This document shows positions 50,430 to 63,307 of a DNA stretch of 64,000 nucleotides, one piece after another (position 1 is the first letter of the stretch; every line of letters begins with the position of its first letter). The translations under genes were made by a program, and so were the position numbers. The notes below the pieces were generated by a model. That model did not search any database. It had not been told where the DNA came from and saw only the letters and a program-made list of their open reading frames with translations. Origin of the DNA: Okamejei kenojei (taxonomy: Eukaryota); NCBI GenBank assembly GCA_035221665.1, contig CM069155.1, forward strand, positions 29,698,001 to 29,762,000, read 5' to 3'.

Positions 50430-53400
50430 CCATGCATATCGTTAACTAGCTCATTCTCTTTCAAATGGGAGTAAATTTCAATGAATTATCTCCAATCGTT
50501 TTCTACCACTGACGTGAGTCTCACCGGCCTCTATTTCCCTGGATTCTTTCTACGTTTCAATCAACAAAAGAACAACTGGCCTTTTTCCAGTCCTCTTGGT
50601 GCTAACATGCGGATAGAGAAGAAACAAAGATTCTTGTCAAGACCCAAGGAATCACCGCTCGCCTTCCTCAATAAACTGTGATAGACACCAACCGGTGCAG
50701 GGGACCTATCCAACTCAATGACCCTCAAGAGCCTCACTGCCGCTCTTTTCGATCTCAAGCCCCAGCATATGTGGCCTAGCATATTTGTATTCTCCACACT
50801 GATCACACCGTCATTCACGTCTTTCTCCTTGGTGAATACAGATGCAGAACACGCTCTTTCAACAATTCCGCTACATCCGTTATCCTTGATCAGACCTACC
50901 GTATTTCAAGGCACCCTTCTTGTTTTTAACATATGTATAAAAAGCGGCAGGATTTTCCTTTTCCCAACTCATCAATTACATTTCATGACCAGTTTGGCCC
51001 TACTAATCACCCGTTGAGCTTTTTGCTACTTGCCATTCCTCACAATCCCCGAATGATGACACTTTGTTAAATCTGACATACGCTTCCGTGTTCTGAAAAG
51101 GTTTATAACCATGTGGTCATTCACGCTACCCTTACCATGCAATCGTTACCCATCCTCTTTATTGGAAAATGCTGATCCTGTACTTTGGTTATATAACTCC
51201 CATATGTTAGCTGTGGACATACTCAATAACAATTGCTCATAAGCTCCTGCCTAATGACATTTTAATCTGTTTTGCTACTGTGAACATCCAGACTAATCCT
51301 TATCCAAACCAATAATAAACCTTGTAAAGTTGTGGTCACTATCCCCAAGTGCTCTTCCAGCATACCACCAGTCACCTGGCCAAGTTCATTTCCCAACACA
51401 AGGTCCAGAATCGTCCCCCCTGGATTCAGACCATCCATACACCGTTTAAGGCAAATTTCTTGGATATACTTCATAAATCTGCCTCATGTAACCCCCTTTC
51501 ACTGAACATAATACAGTCAATATTGGGCAAGTTAATGATACCCGCTAAAACAACACTGTAGTTCATGCGTCTGTTTGCATATCCGATCCATATTCCACTG
51601 ATTATTGTGTGTCCCATAATATCATTGGAGAGACTGTTCCTTTATTATTTTTAAGCACAACCTATATGCCTCAAATATGTACGCTCCAGTATGTCCCATC
51701 TGAGTACCGTAATCTCAAATATCGAAGCCGTGATACATTGAACGGCCAGTCATATCTCTCCCACAACCAAGTAGCCATAATGGCCACAACATTATTATTC
51801 CAAGCACTGATCTCGACTATCTACGATCAGTTAGCTTTATCCACAATACTCCTTGCATTGAAGTAAACATGTCATCCCTTAATTACCCCATAATCATGAA
51901 CCACTCCCTGCCCATCTTTCCTTTGAGACTTACTTGTTATAACCTCCACTTTCTCATCAGCCTTTCCATTTGCAAACTTCCTCCTTTCATTCCCATTCTC
52001 TGTCCATTTTAGCTTAAGTTCTCACGAGCAAACTTCACTGCAAGGATGTTGGTGTCCCTTCAGTTCTAGTGCAACCTGTCCCTCTTGTGCAAGTCGCCTT
52101 TGCGGCAATAGGTCTACAATCTGAATCCTTTCCCCTGCACTACCTCCTCGGCAATGCATTAATCTGCCCTATACTCCTATTGCTACCCTCACTAACGTGG
52201 CAACTGTAGTGATCTAGAGATTACCACCCAGCAGGTGGTCATTTTAACCGTTTACCTATCTCCTCGTAGACACTCCGCAGGACCTCTTTGCTGAACTCGT
52301 TATATTTTGCTGAACTCCCTATATTCTCTCCACCGACGCCATCCATTTTCCTACCATTATTCCCAACTCTTTTTACTCCTCTGTAGGATCTCATCCAGTT
52401 TTCCACATATGTGTTTGAGTAAAAGAAGCTCACTAATACAAGATATAAGCATGCTGTTCGCTTCATCTGTGAACATAAGCAAGCTATGAGGGCTGATTCC
52501 ATGGCTAAGACGCTGCTAAGTAACAATGATACTGATTTTTGGAAAGACGTGAGAGCTCTTAACAGTTGTAAAACATCTCTACCATGCACCGTAGATGGAA
52601 TCTCCAGATCAGCTAATGTCGCAGAGTTATGGCAACATTAAAGAACGTAATGACAAAATTATAGCACTTTATTCAACTGTGTCCAAGGTGATTTGTATAG
52701 GGCGGACAATATTGAGAGTAATGACTCAGTGGTGATTATGTCACATGAGGTGTGTCATGTCATGAACAGCTGTCCAACAACAAAGCAAGTGGCTTGGATC
52801 ATATTTCTGCTGAACATCTTAAGTATGCGAGTATAAGGATAGCTCCTCTACTTGCTATTTTCTTTACTGTCTTTATGATTCATTGTTATCAGCCTCAATG
52901 TTGTCTGTTCTGCTAGTGCTGGTCATTAAGGACAAAGCTGGTAAAGTAGGTAGCCTAAATAATTACAAGTCCATAGCTTTAGCCAGCATATGGTCAAAAG
53001 GCTTAGATATTATTCTGCACACCTGTGTCGAGCTACGGAAAGAGAAGTTTGAAGAGACTACATGTGGCCCATGATAATGCCATGTGAACACCGCTAAGGA
53101 AACCTAGATGGTGTAGTGCTAGTACATTTTTGTGGCTGCAGCAGTCAGTATTTTAGAAGGTATCCCAAGAAATCATATGTATAAATTCATTGGCAGGATA
53201 GATGACTCTACTAATGTAATTATCGTGGCTTTGTCAAACATAAGGTTTTGCACTACACGCTACGAATCCAAGTTGTGGAGACACTGGTATCGCCGTCTCG
53301 TTGTAGGACATTGATCATTTTATTCTGGATTTAAAATCATGTATTGTGTTTTTTTAATATATAATTTATGATGCTTTTATAATTGATATACTAAGATTTT

Positions 53401-54030
53401 ACATGTATTTGATGGTGTTTAAGTATGTAATGTATTTTTATGTAATATTGTCCCTTGTCTGGACCTTGAGTCCGAAATAAAGTTTATTGGTATTATCATA
53501 TCATTTGTGTTGACATGCAAAACGACTTCTGTCTGTCCAGCCACCACCTTGAAAATGCTCTGCAGCCGTTCCAGGACATCCTAGATCCTTGTACCAGAAA
53601 GACAACAGTCCATCCATGAGGCCTATTTGCTCCTGTCTGCCCCCTCACTAATGTGTTTTATCACAATCACTCTGTCTGACTTCATATCGCTGCACACCAG
53701 AGACAGGACCAGTGCCACAGACCTGACTATTGCTGCTGTCCCCTCAACAGTTGCAAAAGAACATAGCAGATTTGCAGGGGAATACCGACGGGGGATTCCT
53801 GAACCCTCTGCCTATTCCCTTTGCTGGTGGTCACCCATCTATTCTTTGTCCGCACCACAGATATGAGCATCTCACTATGAATCCTTACTATAACTTGCTC
53901 ACTCTCTGGACAAACACGAGGTCATCCAATTGCAACTGAAGATCACTAATCTTTCAGGAGATGCACCTGGACACACATCCTGCAGATGTAATGTTCAGAG
54001 ACACTACGTCTTCTTCAGTTCCAACATCCC
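50430..54030 (-). mobile_element. Degenerate CR1 remnant (interrupted by the RTE-X-like copy)
   Basis: Paralogous to 34320-38700. Confidence 0.62.
52411..53496 (+). mobile_element. Paralogous copy of the RTE-X-like element with an internal deletion
   Basis: Same junctions and CATAT TSD as 36307-38167; ~0.78-kb deletion joined at CTGC microhomology (53015-18). Confidence 0.82.
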
Positions 54031-55736
54031 ACAGGTTGAGCACATTAGCCTACATCTCTATGACACCAAGACCAGGTTGTGCTGCAAAGCAAACATAAAG
54101 TGACAGACCAAACCTTATCATCAGATTTCCCTCACAGAATCCTCTTGAGCTTAAGCCTCATTAAAACAATCTTAATATGGCCGCTCCACTTACGTTTAGC
54201 TTCAATTTAATGGCTGTTATCTTATCTTCATTTTATTGACTGTTATTTACCCCAATAACTAAGCTGGGACTCTTGCCCGCAATTAACGATGGAGGTATTT
54301 CTCAATAGAGAAGATGAACCAATATTCAGATAAGCATAACTCTGAAAAGAAATATATTCTGGACTATAGTGACAATGTGGAAAACAACTTAAGGGATGGT
54401 CGAATTCTCTGTGGCAAAAAGTAAAACAACAAAAGAACAATCAATGGTATAAATAAATGAAAATGACTGTGTCTGCTACGTCAGAGATCAGATCATAAGG
54501 TTGTGCGCCCTCAACCGAAGCTGAGGTTGAGGGCGCACAACCTTACTTGCAACACGACAGTGGTAATCCTTACAAATCAGAACCAGACCTAATTCTGCTT
54601 ACTCTCTCTTTCATGATGGCTAGCCCTCGTTTCACGATAGCATACGACCTCTAGTACATGCATCATTTTCCTTCTTTGGACAGTACACGTTAAAGGAATA
54701 CTACTTCGTCAAATACCTCTAATATAATTTGTGATCACAGGCCTATGAAAGGAATAGGCGTGGTAGATAAAATACTATCCAGGAGTGCTTTCTGTGACAG
54801 TGCTAGACCCACTGACAATAAATGAAGCTGGGTTGGAGGATGAAGCATCAGTGGGTTGATATTTTGAGGGTGCGAAACCATTGCATTTTACCCTTAGGTT
54901 TGGGTATTCATAGGAAGAGGTAAGAAAAGTCCCGAAGTTAGGTTTCCGAATTGCAAGAAGGTCGATTTCAATAACATTGTAAGAAGTAAATTCTGGAATG
55001 GTAATCCTAGTGGGTTGGAGCTGTATATTCGCCAAAAGGACTGCATCAATTCCAGAGAAGGTTGTCCTTAACGATTACAGAGTCCACATCACATCCCTAT
55101 TCAACGTATTAAGGATCATAGTCTGCTGGTCTTTTATCTTTACCTGAAATTGCACTGTCACATAATCTCCGGGCTAACCGACGGGAACAGATTGCTTCTC
55201 GACCAGGCTGTCCTGGTAATGCCACCTTTCGCTGAACCATCACAATGTATGCAGTTTTGCTGCAACCGAGCAATTTGGTAGCGCGCTTCGCTTACAGGAA
55301 ACATTGAACTCAGAAGTGATTGTTTGTGAATCATTAACCCCGTTATTCTTCAGCTGTGGCTTCTATACAATGTACATCTTCCCTGCGTAAAACGATAAAA
55401 CTATATTTAAATAGCTAATCTTATTTATTTTAGAGAATATCTAGATTACTTTAATACTTCACTTCCATTAATTTGTTAATGTGATAAACCTCTACTTCAT
55501 TGCTAGAGTAATTCAGCAGATCGCGCAGCATATTTGGAGTACATGGATACGTTATGTTTTTGGTGGGGACCCTTTTCCAGTCTAACGAAGGTTCGCGATC
55601 CGAAATGTCCTTACGAGACCATCTACTCCAGCATTGTGCGTTTTACTCAAGATTCCAGCATTTAACAGTCGCATCTCATTGAACGTCACCACCCAGTTCT
55701 GTTCAACATTTCATTACAAATGTCAACCTTTTGAGA

Positions 55737-55741
<5 letters not shown>

Positions 55742-55800
<59 letters not shown>
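55742..55800. repeat. (CT)n microsatellite
   Basis: Read directly from the sequence. Confidence 0.92.
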
Positions 55801-55803
<3 letters not shown>

Positions 55804-57598
55804 GTTCTTACCATAATGTTCACGCGTAGAGTTCCACTATGGATCATGCAGAAATAATATTCTGCAAAACTCCAACAAGACGAGTAGAACAGCTCTACTA
55901 CCCTATCATCTGTTTTTGTTTCCAAAACCAAAAGTTCCATCGATACGCCAAATTTTATTAAACATTGATAGCAAGGTGAGCATTAGTATGTACTGGTAAA
56001 CTTCTTGAATCACTGAAGTATTCTGGCGATAGGACCCAAATCCTGCTATTAGAGATTTCCAAGAATTGGGCCCAACAATCGCAAAGCAATGCAATGTATT
56101 TCGTACTCAACATCGGCTGTGACTTGTCTAGCAAGAGAGGTGCTCCTACGCACACCCTTTGCTCTTATCCTGATTAGGCACGGAGGTGTTGTCCGTGTGT
56201 CCTAGGCATAATTGTAATGCATTTTGCGTATTGCCAAGAGAGTCGTCGCTATATATTGTTACTTGGCAGGGGATGAATATTTAGAGTGTGAAAAGTATCA
56301 AAGAGCGGATTATTTTCTTCTTGATGTAGTTGAACTATTGCTATTTGTTTTACCTAAATGGGGAATTGTCCAATGTGTCCAGTTTATGTAAAGCGTTCAT
56401 GTGGGGAGATCAGAGGATAACTTAGCAAAGGCAACGCACATTGGTAATACATCGGTACGGGTGTCATGGTTGCGCACTGAAACACATTCTTATGTCATCA
56501 TTTCAACTAAAATATTGTTAATGCCAGTTAAATGATGCATAATCGTACCACGGTATCATAGGAATGATTCCCCTGTTCCAACAGAGATAGCATTTCCGAA
56601 GTACCGAGGAGTAGAACAATTACGGAAACAATGTTTGAGACATTGATGCCTTTGCTTGACCTGTTTGCATGTCATCGATCTGAGGACTTTGATGAGGTGC
56701 GAGTATTAACTGGCCAGGCACATCAGCAGAACAGCCCGGTCTCCTTTGATTAATTGCCAGCAAAATCGTTAGTCCAAATGGCAAAAATTTGAAAATTGAG
56801 ACGTTTTTCTTTACTACATTTTCTAGTTCATAGTCGTCACCAGGTATTACTACCCTGCAGGGTTAATCCATAAAGCGAAAGGAGCGCTGTCGCGACAACT
56901 AGCGCAATTGGGTTGCGATGTAAAATCTGCGTACATCAGATCAAGTATAAAGCAACGCTGGGTGCAGGTAAATATAATTTCATATGTCAGATGAAGTTGG
57001 ACAGAATTAATATTACAGCAATGCAAGCACGTGCAGATGTCGACGTCTTTAATATAACAAACTCGCCAGCAACTCCCGGGTCGATTAAACATGTTTCTTT
57101 ATTTTCTCAATTGCCAATTGCTCGTGCTAAGCCAGTGAACATGTGTAATTATGGAAAGCTGCTAGCAAGCATGCTTTCCAGAATTACAGTGCTTTGGACG
57201 GTGCATTGACACGCAAATTTGCAAATTCGTAAATAATTGTGCAGATAATTGCTTCTTCACATTGCGCTTTAAAAGATATCCTACACACCATCTTCACCAG
57301 AATATTTACCATTTTCAAATAAAATGTGGGTGCGCAACTTAAACGGTGAAGGTATATGTCGCGTACAGTAGTGCGAGACCATGAGATCGGATTCTTCAGC
57401 CCCTGTTGGAATGCATCCCTTCATTTTTCAAGAGTGAATGAACAGCCGCCAGAAATTATGATAAGGTTATTCGATTAATTTATTTGAAGGCGCATGCCGT
57501 ACAATTGCGCAGCGAAAGATTCAGAATAAATGAAAAGGAATAACTCAACACCTTCTTTCAAACGAAACAAAGTCTCTTATGTGCTTGAGTCTATCTTA

Positions 57599-57851
57599 AA
57601 TTGTACCGAGGTACAAATGTACCGAGATAAATTGTACCGAGATATTCGACACCAAATCCTTATTTACCTTGGATAAAATTTGACACAGGACGAATCTGGC
57701 AGATTCTGATTGGCGCAACACACATTCTAATTTGACTGTTGATGGATAGATAAAGAACTCGCGGTGACGCCTTGTCATACGGTTCATAAGCGACCCGGAG
57801 AGAAACACTGAGAAGCCACTTCACCTGTCGTTCTCCGCTCAATTAATTACA
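57599..57851 (+). promoter_or_regulatory. Putative promoter of cluster 4
   Basis: 3x TGTACCGAG repeat, CTGATTGG 57706-13, AGATAA, CACCTG. Confidence 0.55.
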
Positions 57852-57900
57852 ATGTCTTGCTGGATCTCTCTAGTCTACGCGTTAGCGTTTTCCGCAGTTT
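57852..57900 (+). CDS. IGL: Ig light chain cluster 4, leader exon
   Basis: Identical to the cluster 3 leader; GTGAGT donor at 57901. Confidence 0.92.
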
Positions 57901-58026
57901 GTGAGTATTTACTTCGACCGACATAATATTCAATCTCGAGTACGATTAAACCTTTCTATCCATGACGATTCTGCTGTTTCTCTGATATTAGTTAATATTC
58001 TACTTTTTTTCTGGTTTGTTTTCCAG

Positions 58027-58371
58027 ATATAAATGCGCAATTTGCAGTAAATCAGCCATCTTCAAAATCCACATCTCTGGGACAGGACGTGGAAATAGCC
58101 TGTACCCTGTCTGGCGGCACTTTAGGTAGCAGCACCGTTTCCTGGTACCAGCAGATTCCACGAACGGTTCCGCGGTATTTGTTCCGCTATTGGTTGACCA
58201 GCAGCATTTACAGAGGCTCGGGAGTTTCCGAACGTTTCTCCGGATCAGTGTCAGGCAACACTGCAACATTGAGAATATCGAACGTGCAGTCGGGGGACGC
58301 AGCGGATTACTACTGCGCTGTGTGGAAAGATGCTGTAATATTCGGCAAAGGAACGAGCCTGGGTATTGGCA
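58027..58371 (+). CDS. IGL: Ig lambda-type cluster 4, germline-joined VJ exon
   Basis: ttccAG acceptor; ..PRYLFRYWLTSSIYRGSG..YYC-AVWKDAVI-FGKGTSLGIG; GTAAGT donor at 58372. Confidence 0.95.
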
Positions 58372-59510
58372 GTAAGTAAAATACCTTCTATCTTTATGTA
58401 GACACAAAAAGCTGGTGTGCCGCAGCGAGACACGCAGCATCTCTGCAGAGAAGAAAAGGGTTGGAGGAAGGAACTGCAGATGTTGGTTTAAACCGAAGAC
58501 AGACACAACACGCTGCATAGGCAGCATCTCTGGAGGGAATGAATGGGTCTGCAGTTCCTTTCTGCATATTCTATCTTTGGGTTAATGATATAGCAGTGAA
58601 AAGTAATTGGTTTTCTGTCGCTAATCGATGCTTCAATGAAAAAGCGTTTAACGCTAATATGTTCAGCGTTCGAACAAAGTCGAGTTTCCTTTGGCAAATT
58701 ATTAGACGTAGCTCTATCAAAGGGACCAGTGTTAGGCCGACTGTTTGTAAGTTTTTACACTAAATAGCTAAAGTAAAGGGTATTTAAAGCTGTTTTTTTT
58801 TTTAAATTCCCTGCCACGATCTTTTTTCGCAAATTAGTTGACAACAGCAAAGATAGGAAGAAACGGCTGTCCAACTGTTTTATTATTCTTAATTACTTTG
58901 CGGACGGCGAGCTAACAATTATCAAACCTAGATAAGAATTAGACAGAACGTAAGTGAACGGGAAATAATTTTGGAGGGACATGAAACTGCAGATGCTGGT
59001 TTAACTGGTTAAAAAAGCCACAAAGCTCTGGAGTGACTCCGCGGGTCACTGGTGAACATGGAAAGGTAAGTTTCCGTTCGGGACCCTTCTTCAAATCAGT
59101 TTTGTTCCGTGTGACATCTCATAACGCATTTTGCTGTTGTGCCATTAAGCGAAAGGAATAAGATTCGCTATTCCACTTCCGAAATCTGAGCTGAATTATT
59201 TCTTCAATGAGAAGAGACGGGTCGAGAAATGACAAACATATACGTTTCAGCATTAATGTAAATCATACCAACGACTATTTAACATGCGAGAAAACGGTAA
59301 ATTTAACGTTGCTGCAAATTCAAGTCTGTTCATCGATGGCAAAAACGGCAAAATATTCTTGTCGCTAAAATCCAACCATTAGTAACATTTCGGTATTTGG
59401 TCTTAATAAATGAACAGATTAATTAAGGAAATGTATTTAAAGAAAACTAAAGATTTAAGCGAGTTTAGTGGACCTTTTTAAAACCTTGGAACGAATTTAT
59501 TGAATCCATG

Positions 59511-59953
59511 CAGAGCCGGATTAAGACCCATAGAGGTCCGAAGCACTTAAAAGATTTTGGTGCCCCCATATATATGTAATTCAAAATATAAACAATAATA
59601 AAACATTTAAAAAAATATTATTTTTCTAAATGAAACAAAACTGACAGTAAGAAGGAAAATAATGTTTATTTTTGTATACTTCCACTTTATTTATATTTGA
59701 AAATTTTTCTCCTACTTTTTTTAATTGCAAAGTCTTTGATCAGATCCTCAAAATTAATCTTACGTAACACATCTGTTTCTATACTTAGTAGGGATAAGGC
59801 ATCCAGTCTGCCTTGTTGCATAGTTGAAATTATATTTCCGATCGTATAAACCACTTCGAATATTATTTTGTGCCGTAAACCATTTACCATTTCTGTGGTG
59901 CCCCCTTCCCTTGATGCACGAGCTTATTTTGCTTATTGGTTGATCCAGCCCTG
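59511..59953 (-). mobile_element. Internally deleted hAT (Tip100-like) DNA transposon in the cluster 4 J-C intron
   Basis: Imperfect 14-bp TIRs CAGAGCCGGATTAA / TTGATCCAGCCCTG; 8-bp TSD AATCCATG 59503-10/59954-61; minus-strand STMQQGRLDALSLLSIETD..IKDFAIKKSRR resembles the hAT C-terminal dimerisation region. Confidence 0.88.
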
Positions 59954-60048
59954 AATCCATGCTATACCAACTGTATTTTTAACAAAATTAATGTTTCAAC
60001 CGAAGCAGTTCAGCTAGCCCGACTAATCTGTGACTTTATTTTAAATAG

Positions 60049-60371
60049 AACCTCAGCCCCCCGCGGTGTCCGTCCTTGGGCCTTCAGCGCAAGAAATGGC
60101 GGGAAAGGGAACCGCCACCCTTGTGTGCTTGGTGAACGGGTTTAATCCGGGTGCTGTGGAAATTGACTGGACTGTGGACGGCAGTGCGAGAAGTGATGGC
60201 GTTGAGACCAGCCCAATCCAACAGGAGGCGGACAACACGTTCAGTGCGAGCAGTTACCTGACTCTGCCAGCCACAGTCTGGAACTCACACGACCTTTACT
60301 CCTGTGTGGTTAAACATGAGTCGCGGGCAAACCCGGTGCAGGGAAACATCGCCAGGTCCGGCTGTCTGTAA
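60049..60371 (+). CDS. IGL: Ig lambda-type cluster 4, constant exon
   Basis: CTAAT branch site, tAG acceptor 60047-48; intact C1 domain ending SGCL*. Confidence 0.95.
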
Positions 60372-62806
60372 AACTTACAGATTCCAACTAATCAAGCTGA
60401 AAAAATAGTTTTGCTCCGTCTTTCATTTGTCAAAAAATGATAATAAAATATTCTCTGTTATCCACTAGCATTTGCCTTAAAATTGTCCTTTGTCTCGCTG
60501 TTTGCAAACGTCATTCCATCGAAGCAGCTGGTTGTGAATTGAAACTCCAATGTTATTTAATCTGTTAAATGCATTCCCAAATATTAATTAAAAGACAGTG
60601 GTCTAAAGATTACATTCAGGTTTGTTTTGCTTACCCACATTACTAACATTTTCAAATACAACTCTCGACGAAAATCAATAATTCAATCTTAAGAGCAATA
60701 CATTTGTTGGATTTTTATTTCTGATCAGAGAAAATCAAATGTATTTAATCAATCTTCATTATTTTCATCATGGAAGAACTGGTGATAAATGGTGCCGAAC
60801 GTTATATTATAAACTGGTGTGACTATAAATTGGTTCATGTAGTCGCGCGCGCGCACACGCACACACACGTACACAATGGCGCGCTCATGTAGAAACGCAT
60901 TGGAGGACAGACAGTAATCGTTATATGTGACCTTGCTAATACTATTCACTTAGCAATTCCAAGCTATTTCAACTGTGAATTAAATGGGTGGGGCTGGTGG
61001 GGAGTGAGAGTAATATGGTATTTCTGCCTTTCCATAGGGCGCTAGCACACATGGAGTGTCACCTATAGTTTTACTTTCCTCGCCTAATAGAGGTACTGAA
61101 GTTTTTGGTTGGTTCCTGCTGAGCTGATTAGCGGGATAAGTGCACGCTGCGAGGAACGACTGAGAAGTCTACCTTCTCATCCACTCCCTACGCAGGTGGG
61201 GGGGGGGGGGCAATTTTACAGAGGCCAATTAACCTATGAACCCGCAATATTTGGGATGTGGGAGGCAACCCGCGACACATGTGGAGAATGTGTAAACTCC
61301 TCACAGAAAGCACCCGAGCGCAGGATCGAACTGGTCTCTGGCGCTGTCGAGACAGCTGCTCTACCAGGTGCGCCGCTATGCCACCCCACAATATATAATG
61401 TAATATATAATATATAATATATAAATGTAATATATAAAACTCTTAGTGGTCTTGGCAGGAAAGGTGCAGACGTAATTTCTCCTGATTGATGAAAATCCAC
61501 AAAGCGCAGAACACAGTACAGCACAACACACGAACAAGCCTCTGGGCACTTCATGTCTCTGCCGACATGATGCCCAAACCAAATCTCATCAGCGTGCACG
61601 TGATCCGTATCCAGAAGTCACAAATGCCACTGTTGCTTATGCCGCCACCACCACCCTCGCCAACGCCTTCCGGGTCCTCACCAACCTCTGTATATAAAAT
61701 GTCCATGCGCCTCTCACTTTAAAGCTATGTCATCTAGTCCATGATATTTCCATTCTGGGGGGAAATGGTAATGATTCTCTGCCCTATCTATGACTCTCAT
61801 AATTTTATATATTTCTAGCAGGTCTCCCCTCGTCGTGAACGGTTACAGAGAAAACAACCCAATTCTGTCCAACCTCTGCTCGTAGTTAATGCCCCTAATT
61901 CAGGTATCATGCTGGTAAACATCCTCTGCGCTTTTTCAAAGCCTCCACTTCCATGTAGTATTGGGGCGACAGGAAAAGATGGCAGTACACGAAATGCAGC
62001 GTAACAAAAGTCCTAAAGGTAGCATCATGTCTCGCCTGCCCTTATCCCGAATGCCCTGCCTAATGAAGGAAAACATAAAATATGCCTTCTCACCACTATA
62101 TAGTAATGTTGCCACTGAGGGAGATATAGACTTGGTTCCCAAAATTCCTCTGTACATCAATACTGTTGTTATTAATCGAAAGTAGACACAAAATGCTGGA
62201 GTAACTCAGCGGGTCAGGCAGCATCCCGTATATTTCCCCTTACAATCGACCCCACCCCCAGCACTTCAAGGCTCTATCATTTCATCTCTCATTTTTATAC
62301 TTAGTCTCTATCCTGCTGTATACTTTGACAGTCTTCCTCACTGTCCGCAACCCAAACAATCCAGCTGCCATCTGTAAACTTATTAACTGCTAGAGAGGGT
62401 GCAGAGATCTTGGTCATGGCTACTGCAAACTCGTCTTTTGCGTGTCTCAATAATATGTCCATTCATGTACACTGCCCCTCAAGACACCCAACACCCACTT
62501 CTTAATCACACAGTGCCCTTGCATATGAATATTCGCCACATTGATCTCACTCTCCTCTTTGTCCTTCTCCTTGGTGAAAAGGCATACAACGAACTCATTT
62601 AATACCTCGCCTATATCCCTTGACTCAAAGCACAAATTCCTCCCTTTATCCTCGAGTTACCATCTTTCTGGTTACCCTCTTGCATTTAAATTAGGTATAA
62701 AAAGCCTTGCGATCTTCTTTAATCTAGCTCGACAAACCCGTTTCATGCCCCCATTTTGGCTCTTCTAATCGACCGCTTAAGTGATTTCTAACATGATTTT
62801 ATATTT

Positions 62807-63307
62807 TTTATAATAATATTTTTTATTAGAAGCATATACATATCGTAATCAGAACCAAAACACACTTTGTTTATCAATTACATGTTGTTAGTGGCTGGGG
62901 TCCCAGCGGTTAAAATAGCTCAGGTCCTCATTTATCAATTACATATTAACACTGCTTATAATTGTTTATTTTAATTTATAGATAAAAAAGATAAGAAAGA
63001 AAAAAAATGAATGAAAAATGTAGAATAAATTACCAATAATACAGCTTAGGAGATACGTCCGTAGGTTATAAAACGTAACTATTCCTCTAATCCTGGATTC
63101 CATTTTCAGCCAGGCCCCCGTGCTGGACCAATTTACCCTTTCAAATAATCTATGAATGGAGACTAATTCTAACTAATTCTGGTTTGTCAATTAAGACAAG
63201 TCTAATTGTTTTCAAATGTAAGGTTTCCGACATCTCCATAATCCACATTTTAAAAGTGGGGGTTATTGGGTTTTTCCAAAATTTTTATATTAATTTTTTC
63301 CCGATTA
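62807..63307 (-). mobile_element. 3' end of an L1-clade LINE, same insertion as 31032-32375
   Basis: Same left junction (GATTTTATATTT 62795-806) and near-identical sequence to 31032-31533. Confidence 0.88.
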
